In this document: in pieces, positions 9,855 to 19,164 of the stretch
Numbering within the stretch: position 1 is the first letter of the stretch
Layout of the letters: each line of letters starts with the position of its first letter
Source of the DNA: Candidatus Poribacteria bacterium
GTDB lineage: Bacteria; Poribacteria; WGA-4E; WGA-3G
Direction: 5' to 3'
DNA length: 64,000 bases
Assembly (NCBI GenBank): GCA_958295945.1
Contig: OY282386.1
Coordinates: 3,381,126 to 3,445,125 of the forward strand
Notes under the pieces: generated by a model
The model's database searches: none
What the model saw: the letters and a program-made list of their open reading frames with translations, nothing else
What the model was told of the DNA's origin: nothing
Position numbers and translations under genes: made by a program

Positions 9855-10358
9855 TGCCTGAATTTTCCGGATTTCAACGAGTTAAGCCGCGCACAATCTG
9901 GCCTCACGAGGCGCAGGAGTTCACACCTTGGCTGGCAGATAACTTGTCCTTTCTTGCCAAGACACTGAACATGGAATTGGAGTTTGAAGCAAGAGAGAAG
10001 GATGTTGGAGGGTTCCGAGCTGATCTAGTGTGTCGTAACAAAGTGGATAACTCACGAATAGTCATTGAGAACCAATTGGAGAAATCTGATCATTCACACC
10101 TTGGTCAAGTTCTGACATACGCCGCTGGGCTTCAGGCAACTACCGTTGTTTGGATTGCGACAGAATTTCGAAATCCACATCGCGTAACGTTGAATTGGCA
10201 TAACGAAATGATGCCTGCACATTTTAAGTTTTTCGGTGTCCAGTTAGGATACGTGGCAATATAGCACAGCAGTTCACTTCGCGGAATTCTCTATCGTCTC
10301 AAAGCCTGAGAATTGGACATTTATAGAAGATTCGTTACTGTACCGTATCCAAATTTAG
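9854..10358 (+). pseudogene. PD-(D/E)XK nuclease-like protein (NucS-like N-terminus of DUF4268 proteins), frameshifted
   Basis: WPHEAQEFTPWL, ADL, IENQL and DHSHLGQ motifs. The expected continuation (DTWQY...FSIVSKPENW) resumes in the +1 frame after an extra G near 10247 and stops at 10358. Confidence 0.65.
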
Positions 10359-10403
10359 ACCACTTGCAGCTAAATTTCATATTTTGAAAAAGGATGGAAC
10401 CTC

Positions 10404-11246
10404 ATGAAACTCGGATATAGCACATGGGGAATGCCGACAGTCCCCATTGATACTGCGATATCGCACCTTGCACAACTCGGATTTGATGGGATTGAACTGA
10501 CGATCATCCCACGTTTCACTACCGAACTCAGTTCTCTTGATACAGCAGCACGTAAACGAATTGCATCCCTGTTGAAACAACACAATTTAGCATTACCTGC
10601 AATCGCTGCGCATTCCAGTTTGCTGGAAACAGACCCAGAAGCACATGCTAAGAATATGTGGCGACTCAAAGGTGGCGTAGATTTAGCAGTTGACCTTGCA
10701 CAAAGTGGAGAACTGCCTGCAGTGAATACTACTCCCGGCGGTAAACCGGATATGTGGAATACCAAAAAAGAATTCCTCGCTGAACGTCTCGGTGAGTTGG
10801 TGGATTATGGCGAATCCCGTGGTGTGACTATCGCGATGGAACCGCACATCGGTGCAATTGTTGACACTCCCGATAAAGTGCTTGAACTCCTTAATATCGT
10901 CAATTCCCCATATCTCAAAGTTAACTTTGACATCAGTCATTTTGACATTGTTGGCATACCGACAGAAGAGACAGTCTCCGCTTTAGCAGCAGTTTCGGCG
11001 CATACACATGTCAAGGACCAACGCGGTATCCATCCAGATTTTGAATTCCTAATCCCAGGCGAAGGCACTTTTGATTATGTGGATTATCTAAAGCAGATGC
11101 AGGCACACGGATATGATGGGTTCATCACTGCCGAAGTCAGTTTTATGGTGCAGGCACGCGAGAATTATGATCCGCTTGCCGCTGCCACTTTGTCATATCA
11201 AACGTTGTCAAAAGCGTTCGTTGATGCTGGTATTGAGCGAAATTAA
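10404..11246 (+). CDS. Sugar phosphate isomerase/epimerase (xylose isomerase-like TIM barrel)
   Basis: GFDGIEL, AMEPH, NFDISH, HTHVKD, PGEG and GYDG..TAE motifs. Confidence 0.88.
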   Translation: MKLGYSTWGMPTVPIDTAISHLAQLGFDGIELTIIPRFTTELSSLDTAARKRIASLLKQHNLALPAIAAHSSLLETDPEAHAKNMWRLKGGVDLAVDLAQSGELPAVNTTPGGKPDMWNTKKEFLAERLGELVDYGESRGVTIAMEPHIGAIVDTPDKVLELLNIVNSPYLKVNFDISHFDIVGIPTEETVSALAAVSAHTHVKDQRGIHPDFEFLIPGEGTFDYVDYLKQMQAHGYDGFITAEVSFMVQARENYDPLAAATLSYQTLSKAFVDAGIERN

Positions 11247-11337
11247 TTGAAGAATATAGATTTTAATTTCTGTTAGTTTCCTACGTGTCCACCGATTACA
11301 TCTTGCCAAACATTTCAAATTACATATAAGGATATCT

Positions 11338-12714
11338 ATGAAACCAAATATACTTCTCCTCATGACAGACCAACAACGATGGGACGCAATGGGTTGCAGT
11401 GGTGATTGGGTGCAAACACCTAATTTGGATAGAATCGCAAATGAAGGTGTCCGCTTTACTAATTGCGTTACCACATCTCCGGTCTGTATCCCTACGCGTC
11501 TCAGTTTAGCAACGGGGTTATATCCGCACAATACAGGTGTTTGGAATAACATGCATCATACGATGTCCGCTGAAACCCCGACCTGGATGCAAGCAGTACG
11601 TGATGCAGGTTACCGCACCAGTCTTTTCGGTAAAACACACCTTCATCCCCATAACGGAGATTTGCGGGACAGAGAAGATTTAATGAATTCGTATGGTTTA
11701 GATGATGTTGATGAGATAGGTGGTCCACGAGCAAGTAGTCGCGTCCTATCCCATATGACAGCAATGTGGGAGGAAAAAGGATTATGGCAAGGTTACCGTG
11801 AGGATTATAGCGACAGATTCAGCACAAAACCGCACACGGTACGTCCTTCAACAGTTGGACTTGAAAACTATGCTGATGTTTACGTCGGTCAACAATCAAA
11901 GAAGTATATTCAGAACTATGACCGGCAAGAACCGTGGTGCTGCTGGGTAAGTTTCGGTGGACCTCATGAACCGTGGGATACACCCGAACCTTATGCCAGT
12001 ATGTATGACCCAAAAGACATGCCACCACCTATTCCACGTCAACCTGCTGGAGATCGTCCTCGTGGTAATTTAGACAATATGATGAATCGGATGAATCCCA
12101 AATTTGAAAAGGGTGAAGAACAAAGGTTACGCGCAGATTATGCTGGAAACGTAACACTCATAGATGATCAGGTTGGTGAAATACTTGAAGCAATTGATGC
12201 CCGAGGTGAACTTGATAATACCGTCATTATTCACACTTCAGACCACGGTGAAATGAATGGTGATTACGGATTGATATACAAAGGTAACTTCCTCAATGGA
12301 GCAGTTCGAATCCCACTACTTGTCCGAACTCCAGAAACTGTAAAAGACACGCCAGAAGGTACCGTTTGCGACAGTCCCGTCGAATGGATTGACATTGGAC
12401 CAACACTTGTTGAAGCGGCAGGTGGTGAGATGAAGCATCGGCAGTCCGGTAAGTCGTTATGTCACGTTATTGCTGACACGGAAGCAACTCACCGTGAATA
12501 TGCGATCTCTGAAATATCGGGTGAAATCATGTTGCTGAATAAGGAATGGAAGATCGCGCTAAACAGTGATAGTATACCGTATCTTCTCTTTAATATGCAA
12601 GATGACCCAGATGAAATAAATAATCTGGCTGGACAACCCGAAATGAAAGAGTTAGAAACAGAACTAGGGCTGCAAATTTTAGAACACCTATTTCACACAC
12701 AAACCAAAAAATAA
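11338..12714 (+). CDS. Cys-type sulfatase (choline-sulfatase-like), no signal peptide
   Basis: PNILLLMTDQ, CIPTR (CxPxR), GKTH and SDHG motifs. Confidence 0.9.
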   Translation: MKPNILLLMTDQQRWDAMGCSGDWVQTPNLDRIANEGVRFTNCVTTSPVCIPTRLSLATGLYPHNTGVWNNMHHTMSAETPTWMQAVRDAGYRTSLFGKTHLHPHNGDLRDREDLMNSYGLDDVDEIGGPRASSRVLSHMTAMWEEKGLWQGYREDYSDRFSTKPHTVRPSTVGLENYADVYVGQQSKKYIQNYDRQEPWCCWVSFGGPHEPWDTPEPYASMYDPKDMPPPIPRQPAGDRPRGNLDNMMNRMNPKFEKGEEQRLRADYAGNVTLIDDQVGEILEAIDARGELDNTVIIHTSDHGEMNGDYGLIYKGNFLNGAVRIPLLVRTPETVKDTPEGTVCDSPVEWIDIGPTLVEAAGGEMKHRQSGKSLCHVIADTEATHREYAISEISGEIMLLNKEWKIALNSDSIPYLLFNMQDDPDEINNLAGQPEMKELETELGLQILEHLFHTQTKK

Positions 12715-12718
12715 TCCT

Positions 12719-14248
12719 ATGAAGACTAAATCCGATAAAATCAATCGCAGAACGTTCATCAAGAATCTCGGTGTAGCAGGAGCAGGTGCCATATCACTTG
12801 TTGCCACAAACACTGGTGTACAGGGAGTGAAGGCAGATCAACAACCTGCAAGTGAGTCCAAGAAACCGAACATCCTTCTTCTGATGACAGACCAGCAACG
12901 GTGGGATGCCATGGGGTGCAGTGGTGATTGGGTGCAAACACCAAACATGGACAAAATTGCAAACGAGGGTGTACGTTTTACTAATTGTGTCACTACATCA
13001 CCTGTTTGTGTTCCTGCACGCCTCAGTTTAGCAACAGGATTGTATCCACACAACACCGGAGTTTGGAACAACCAAAAGCATAAGATGAAACCTGACACTC
13101 CAACATGGATGCTAGCTGTCCGAGAGGCAGGCTATCGCACGAGTCTATTCGGTAAAACACATCTCCACACGAATACTGGTGATCTTCGTAAACGTGAGCA
13201 TTTAATGCACGCTTACGGATTAGACGATGTGAACGAGATTGGTGGTCCCCGAGCAAGTATGAAATGCCTATCCTATATGACAGAAATGTGGGAAGAAAAA
13301 GGTCTCTGGAAAGCATACCGTGATGACTATCAGGAACGTTTCAAAACAAAACCACATCTTGTTCGTCCCACTCCACTCGGACTTGAAAATGATGCTGACG
13401 TTTATGTCGGACAGCAAGCAAAGCAATATCTTCAAGACTATAACCGCAAAGAACCTTGGTTTTGCTGGGTGAGTTTCGGGGGACCTCATGAACCGTGGGA
13501 TTGTCCAAAACCTTATTCAAGTATGTATAATGCATCTGATATGCCACAGCCAATATCCCGTCCGGATGTAGGTGACAGACCTCGTGGAAGTTTGGATAAT
13601 CTTATGAAGAATAAAAAGAAAAGTCCTAAATTCGACGCAGATGATGTAGCAAGAATGCGTGCGGATTATGCTGGAAATGTTACCCTTATTGATGATCAGA
13701 TTGGTGAAATTCTTGATGCAATTGAGCAGCGCGGAGAACTGGATAATACTGTCATCGTTTTCTGTTCAGACCATGGAGAGATGAACAGAGATTACGGGTT
13801 GATTTACAAAAGCAACTTCCTCAACGGTGCAGTCCGAATTCCTTTTCTTGTACGTACTCCTGATACACTTAAAAATGTTGAACCTAACCGAATATGTGAT
13901 AGTCCTGTTGAATGGATTGATATCGGACCCACACTCGTTGAAATGGCGGGAGGGGAGTTGAAGCATAGACAGTTCGGAAAGTCCTTGGCTCCTGTTCTTG
14001 ATGACATAGAAGCAACACATCGCGATTTTGCTATTTCCGAAATATCCCGTGAAATTATGCTACTAAATCATGAGTGGAAAATGGCATTAAATAAAGAAGG
14101 AACCCCTTATCTACTGTTTAATGTGCAAGATGACCCAAATGAAACAAACAATCTCGCAAGGGTACCAAAAATGAAGACTATTGAAGAAAGATTAACAGAA
14201 CAGCTATCAGAATACCTGAAACAGACTCAGACAAAAAACGAAAGGTGA
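12719..14248 (+). CDS. Cys-type sulfatase with twin-arginine (Tat) signal peptide
   Basis: NRRTFIK Tat motif, CVPAR, SDHG. Close paralogue of the upstream gene. Confidence 0.9.
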   Translation: MKTKSDKINRRTFIKNLGVAGAGAISLVATNTGVQGVKADQQPASESKKPNILLLMTDQQRWDAMGCSGDWVQTPNMDKIANEGVRFTNCVTTSPVCVPARLSLATGLYPHNTGVWNNQKHKMKPDTPTWMLAVREAGYRTSLFGKTHLHTNTGDLRKREHLMHAYGLDDVNEIGGPRASMKCLSYMTEMWEEKGLWKAYRDDYQERFKTKPHLVRPTPLGLENDADVYVGQQAKQYLQDYNRKEPWFCWVSFGGPHEPWDCPKPYSSMYNASDMPQPISRPDVGDRPRGSLDNLMKNKKKSPKFDADDVARMRADYAGNVTLIDDQIGEILDAIEQRGELDNTVIVFCSDHGEMNRDYGLIYKSNFLNGAVRIPFLVRTPDTLKNVEPNRICDSPVEWIDIGPTLVEMAGGELKHRQFGKSLAPVLDDIEATHRDFAISEISREIMLLNHEWKMALNKEGTPYLLFNVQDDPNETNNLARVPKMKTIEERLTEQLSEYLKQTQTKNER

Positions 14249-14346
14249 TTGTCCATTTTCGTGCAGCTCTGTATAGAAAATGCACAGGTTAGTGCAAGAT
14301 TCTGCTAAGAGTCCTACAAAAAGACCTGAATCTTGCGTTCTTGTAT

Positions 14347-14362
14347 TGGCATATAATTTGCT
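14347..14362 (+). promoter_or_regulatory. sigma54 (-24/-12) promoter
   Basis: TGGCAT-ATAAT-TTGCT with exact GG-N10-GC spacing, about 50 bp before the ATG at 14410. Confidence 0.7.
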
Positions 14363-14409
14363 GTTAACAATCCAAATTACCTGTTTTTACTTTTTGGAGG
14401 TAAAAAGCA

Positions 14410-16188
14410 ATGCGTATCAAAAGAATTGCAGGAGCGTTTTTTATTTCATTCGCGCTCCTTCTCATTGTCGTGTTTCTCATCAACAGTCGTTTAGATAACC
14501 AAGAAACCCAGCAAATCAAAGACGTTGTCACAGTAGAAGCGTTGTCACCACCGGATCCACCTACGGCAAAACTTCGTAAATCAATTGCCAAAAGGATGTT
14601 GAAATCGTCAGAGACAATTGCTCCAAATGTAGCAATTGCTCCAAATGTAACTGTGCCAGAAGCGAGTACACGCTCCAAACTGAGTGCATTAAAGAGTACA
14701 CCACAATTGGCTTATTCGCGTGCTGCGAGCCAACCCAATCAAGTAGCATCGTTACAACCACTAGCACCGCAATTAAACCTACCAAACGGTGCAGCATATC
14801 AAGATGTTTTCTATAAAAACCATGGCACCAACCCTTTCATTGATACAGAAGATGACAACTTCTCTACATTTGCTATGGATGTGGATACCGCATCTTATAC
14901 CGTAATGCGTCGTTATCTCCATGATGGAAACCTTCCACCTACAGACGCTATCCGCGCTGAAGAATTTGTTAATGCGTTTGATTACAACTATACGCCTCCT
15001 AAAGATGATGCATTTGCTGTTCACATAGAAGGTGCACCGTCAAAATTTGGGGAAGGCAAACGGCTTCAGTTACTCCGTGTCGGTATTCAAGGTCGCGTCA
15101 TTCCAGATACAGACCGAAAAGACGCTATACTTACTTTTGTGGTTGATGTCTCTGGTTCAATGAACATGGAAAATCGTTTAGGTTTGGTGAAAAGAGCATT
15201 GACACTTCTTGTTGATCAACTTCGTCCTACTGATAAGGTTGGGATCGTAGTTTATGGTTCTGATGCCCGGGTTGTTCTCAAACATACTGGTGGACAGAAC
15301 CGTGGATATATCATAGAGGCAATTAATCAACTTCGTTCAGAAGGTGCAACGAATGCAGAAGCAGGACTTCGGATGGGATACAAACTTGCACTAAAGAACT
15401 CAAAGTCCAACTGTATCAACCGTGTAATCCTCTGTTCAGATGGTGTTGCAAACGTTGGGAATACAGGTCCTGATGCTATCCTTAAGACAATAGAAAACTA
15501 TGTTAAGGAAGGTGTAACGCTTACTACAGTTGGCTTTGGCATGGGGAACTACAACGATGTCTTGATGGAACGACTTGCCAATAAAGGGAACGGCAGTTAT
15601 GCTTATGTTGACACCTTTAAAGAAGCAAAACGGGTGTTTGTGGAGAATTTAACTGGCACACTACAAGTCATTGCAAAAGATGCCAAAATACAGGTTGAGT
15701 TCAACCCCGATACAGTCAGTCGTTTCCGCCTACTCGGATATGAAAATCGTGCACTTGCCCACGAAGATTTCCGTAAAGACGATGTAGACGCAGGGGAAGT
15801 TGGATCGGGACATAGCGTAACCGCACTCTATGAGATTAAACTTCATGAAGATGCTGTTGGCAAACTCGCCACTGTCTTTATTCGGCACGAAAACCCCGAC
15901 ACACAAAAGGTTACAGAGGTTAGCGAAACTATCTCCTCAGAACAATTGAAAGATTCATATCAAGATGCATCTGCTGAGTTTCAACTTGTCGGTGCAATTG
16001 CCGAATTCGCTGAAATCCTTCGGGGAAGTTTTTGGGCAAAAGAAGGTTCTTTAACTACTGTTCAAGAGACAATTGAAGGCGTTCTTCCGGAGATTGAGTC
16101 AAAAACACCTCAGCAGAAAGAACGAAAAGAGGAATTGCTCAAACTTGTGCAAAAGGCACGTCTTTTGAAAGAACAGGCAGAAGAATAG
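14410..16188 (+). CDS. Membrane-anchored YfbK-like von Willebrand factor A protein
   Basis: N-terminal TM, STFAMDVDTASY, MIDAS DVSGS, SDG, FRLLGYENR and DAGEVGSGHSVTALYE motifs. Confidence 0.88.
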   Translation: MRIKRIAGAFFISFALLLIVVFLINSRLDNQETQQIKDVVTVEALSPPDPPTAKLRKSIAKRMLKSSETIAPNVAIAPNVTVPEASTRSKLSALKSTPQLAYSRAASQPNQVASLQPLAPQLNLPNGAAYQDVFYKNHGTNPFIDTEDDNFSTFAMDVDTASYTVMRRYLHDGNLPPTDAIRAEEFVNAFDYNYTPPKDDAFAVHIEGAPSKFGEGKRLQLLRVGIQGRVIPDTDRKDAILTFVVDVSGSMNMENRLGLVKRALTLLVDQLRPTDKVGIVVYGSDARVVLKHTGGQNRGYIIEAINQLRSEGATNAEAGLRMGYKLALKNSKSNCINRVILCSDGVANVGNTGPDAILKTIENYVKEGVTLTTVGFGMGNYNDVLMERLANKGNGSYAYVDTFKEAKRVFVENLTGTLQVIAKDAKIQVEFNPDTVSRFRLLGYENRALAHEDFRKDDVDAGEVGSGHSVTALYEIKLHEDAVGKLATVFIRHENPDTQKVTEVSETISSEQLKDSYQDASAEFQLVGAIAEFAEILRGSFWAKEGSLTTVQETIEGVLPEIESKTPQQKERKEELLKLVQKARLLKEQAEE

Positions 16189-16314
16189 TCTATTCATAAC
16201 CTCATCAATAAAAATTGTCCCTTAAATTAACTGATGCTGTCCGACTTCTTATCGTCCATGATTCTGAATACAAAGACAGTTAGAAAACAGAACTGCAACC
16301 CAACGGGGTTTACA

Positions 16315-19002
16315 ATGAAATATAGGATAATGTGGATCATTCTTTTATCGTTGATTATGGCGTGTGGAAGAACAAAAACAGATATCACCACACTTGAAAA
16401 ATTACGTGCGACAGACTGGAATGTGTGGCTCGGGGAGGGCGGCTACGACCTCGCCATGATGGGTGAAGAAGCTGCTCCTTTTTTGGTTCGTGTACTTACA
16501 GATGAAAATGAACATGCACGCAGGCATGGACGTTATCTAATAGATAGATACTACGCAGATTTGAGTATCTTGCCAGAACTAAAGGATTTATTTGTAAATA
16601 GTGATGATAGTTCTATTCGCGATGATGCTGCGTACTTAATTTCGACTGTTGATACAGAATATGCAAGTAAACTAATGGTTCAATACATGAATGATGTTGA
16701 GAGACAACATATCGCAGAAAAAGTGCTAACATACCTTAGGGATGAAAGTGTAATTCCCATACTTTTGGCAAGGTATAATGATCCCAACGTTGATCCGTAT
16801 ATCCGAGAGCACGTTGCTTATACATTAGCAGATTTTAGACAAAAAAGCGTAGTCCCCGATCTTATCAAGACTTATAATGATTTGAAATATCAATGGGAAG
16901 AAAAGGAAAAAGTAGCAGAAAAACTTGCCAATACGCGGGATGTTCGAGCACTTCCGATCTTATACAATTATCTTAGTCCCCGAAGTCGTTTATCAGAGCA
17001 AATCATAACCGCTTTCTCACAATCTGACACATCAATTGTAAAACCACTATTGGAAAAATTAGGGCAGATAGATTCTACTAAGTTTTCGTACATACAAGAT
17101 GCCATTTACGAAATACTTGGGAATCAAACGGATCCTGCATTTATTCCTGTCTATGAAAAAGAACTACTTGAAATAGATGATTCTAATCTCCATGCTGCGA
17201 TATCGCGTGCTTTGGGAAATATGGGAGAAGAAGGTTTTGAGTCCTTGTTGAAAATTATGCAAGAGAAACCGAATGCAGGAACTTTAAGGATATTAGCAAC
17301 TTACAATACCGATGCAGCTATTAACGCAGTTTCATCTTATGCAATGGATGAATCTTCCCCGTTTCGCGTAGAAGCCATTAAGGCACTCTTTCAATATGCG
17401 AATTTTCAGGAAAATAAGATATCCAAGCACATTACGAAATTACTCACTGATGTTGGTCCAAAAGAAAGACTATTGATAATTGAATATCTTTTGGAGTTAG
17501 GTGATTCTTGGAAAGCAGAGATATACAAACACCTTACGCAATTGCTCGTTGATTCTAAGGGTGAAGCGACCATTTTCACTATAGACCTAATTCGACGGAA
17601 GGAACTTGTTGTGATGGCTCCAGCTTTGGAAAACCTGATTCAAAATGCCAAAGGTAGGATCTTACATGCTGCACAAATGGTTTATGACATCTTGCATGAT
17701 AGACCACCGTTAGAACTTACAATTGAAATGGATCAACAACGATATGATTACTTACAACCCATTACATTAACATATCGTATAACAAATATTAGTGAGTATC
17801 CTATTTACATTGCCTTATATACATCGATTTCATCAAGGTACGTAAAGTTAAAGATTCAACAACCAGATGGTACTCTTATTAAATATGTGGGACCGATAGC
17901 TAAACTTAGATCTTTAACGTTTGATGATATTAAAACCCTGCAAGCTGGAGATGAGATCACTGGAACAATTCAGATTTTAGAATCGTATGATTTATTTCAA
18001 TCCGGACTCTACACTGTTGAATTAGAGATTTTGCCAGCACTTAGAGGCTTCATTTCAAAAGAAGTAAATTTACCAATGAATAATAAGTCTTTTTCGTACA
18101 GAAAGTTTCGGGCAGGTCTTCTGACGTGGTCAAACACACTCACTTCTCCAAAATCTTTTTTTCAAATTGATCCAATTCCTGCTGCCAAATTCAATGACAT
18201 GATTGAAAGCATAGACCCTGAAATGATAACTGAGGAAAATAGGGATGATATTGTTAAAACGTGCTATCAACTTGCAAAAATTGGTAAACCGGAGGGGATA
18301 GCTGCTATCAAAAAACTTACTTTGATGGATACGACATCTGCTGATAATTTCCGGTATATAAAACGTTCGGCTCTAGATCTGTTATTTAAACGTCCTGATC
18401 CTGAACTTGTGTCAACTTGGATAGAAATGTTCAATATGGGATATTATATCCATACTTTTATAGAGTCCTTAGGAGCAAGTGGCGATGCGCGTGCTATTGT
18501 ACCACTCAGACGAATTACATTCAGTTTAAACAATTCAAATGATTCTACGAGGGCTGCACTGGCACTTCAACAACTTGGAGATGATAGCGGAGTCAAATGG
18601 CTGAAAAAAATCGCATTTCGCAAACTAAAACATTGGAAAGAGGATGAACGTAATAGTGGTGCTGTGATTTTAATACTATTAGAATCACCAAATGAACATA
18701 TTTATTATCCCTTATATAGTTTGAGAAATCCTAAGTTTTACGCACAGAACTACGAACAATCAATAGATTGGTCTATAATCCATGAAAAATCTGCAACGCC
18801 AGATGGTTTGACAGAGCTTTTACAGCACAAAAATCCCATTATTCAACGTTCTGCTGCTTATGAACTTGCATATCTTGATGACAATACAGGAATTAATCTA
18901 ATTCAACAAGATTTACACGCGAATGACTCGGCGACTCGTGTGCATGCTCGGAACACACTATCCAAATTACAGCAAAAAGTTTCTGCTATTCCAAATAATT
19001 AA
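16315..19002 (+). CDS. HEAT-repeat putative lipoprotein
   Basis: MKYRIMWIILLSLIMAC lipobox-like start, repeated HEAT/PBS-lyase helices and a central beta-rich domain. Confidence 0.7.
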   Translation: MKYRIMWIILLSLIMACGRTKTDITTLEKLRATDWNVWLGEGGYDLAMMGEEAAPFLVRVLTDENEHARRHGRYLIDRYYADLSILPELKDLFVNSDDSSIRDDAAYLISTVDTEYASKLMVQYMNDVERQHIAEKVLTYLRDESVIPILLARYNDPNVDPYIREHVAYTLADFRQKSVVPDLIKTYNDLKYQWEEKEKVAEKLANTRDVRALPILYNYLSPRSRLSEQIITAFSQSDTSIVKPLLEKLGQIDSTKFSYIQDAIYEILGNQTDPAFIPVYEKELLEIDDSNLHAAISRALGNMGEEGFESLLKIMQEKPNAGTLRILATYNTDAAINAVSSYAMDESSPFRVEAIKALFQYANFQENKISKHITKLLTDVGPKERLLIIEYLLELGDSWKAEIYKHLTQLLVDSKGEATIFTIDLIRRKELVVMAPALENLIQNAKGRILHAAQMVYDILHDRPPLELTIEMDQQRYDYLQPITLTYRITNISEYPIYIALYTSISSRYVKLKIQQPDGTLIKYVGPIAKLRSLTFDDIKTLQAGDEITGTIQILESYDLFQSGLYTVELEILPALRGFISKEVNLPMNNKSFSYRKFRAGLLTWSNTLTSPKSFFQIDPIPAAKFNDMIESIDPEMITEENRDDIVKTCYQLAKIGKPEGIAAIKKLTLMDTTSADNFRYIKRSALDLLFKRPDPELVSTWIEMFNMGYYIHTFIESLGASGDARAIVPLRRITFSLNNSNDSTRAALALQQLGDDSGVKWLKKIAFRKLKHWKEDERNSGAVILILLESPNEHIYYPLYSLRNPKFYAQNYEQSIDWSIIHEKSATPDGLTELLQHKNPIIQRSAAYELAYLDDNTGINLIQQDLHANDSATRVHARNTLSKLQQKVSAIPNN

Positions 19003-19164
19003 ACCTTTTTGCCACTAAAACGTCTTAGCGTAATTGTAGAGTTGAGATACCTTTCTCTTCCTATATTGCATTTAAGACATATTCCAAATATGTGCAAAAC
19101 AACTCTACCATTTACAACTAAGTCACACAAATCACAAACCCAAAAATACAATAAGGAGATCACG

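Noticed and set aside
14615-14650. 18-bp tandem duplication (IAPNVA/IAPNVT); similar PSEET repeat near 59436-59470
   Set aside because: These are ordinary low-complexity linker duplications.
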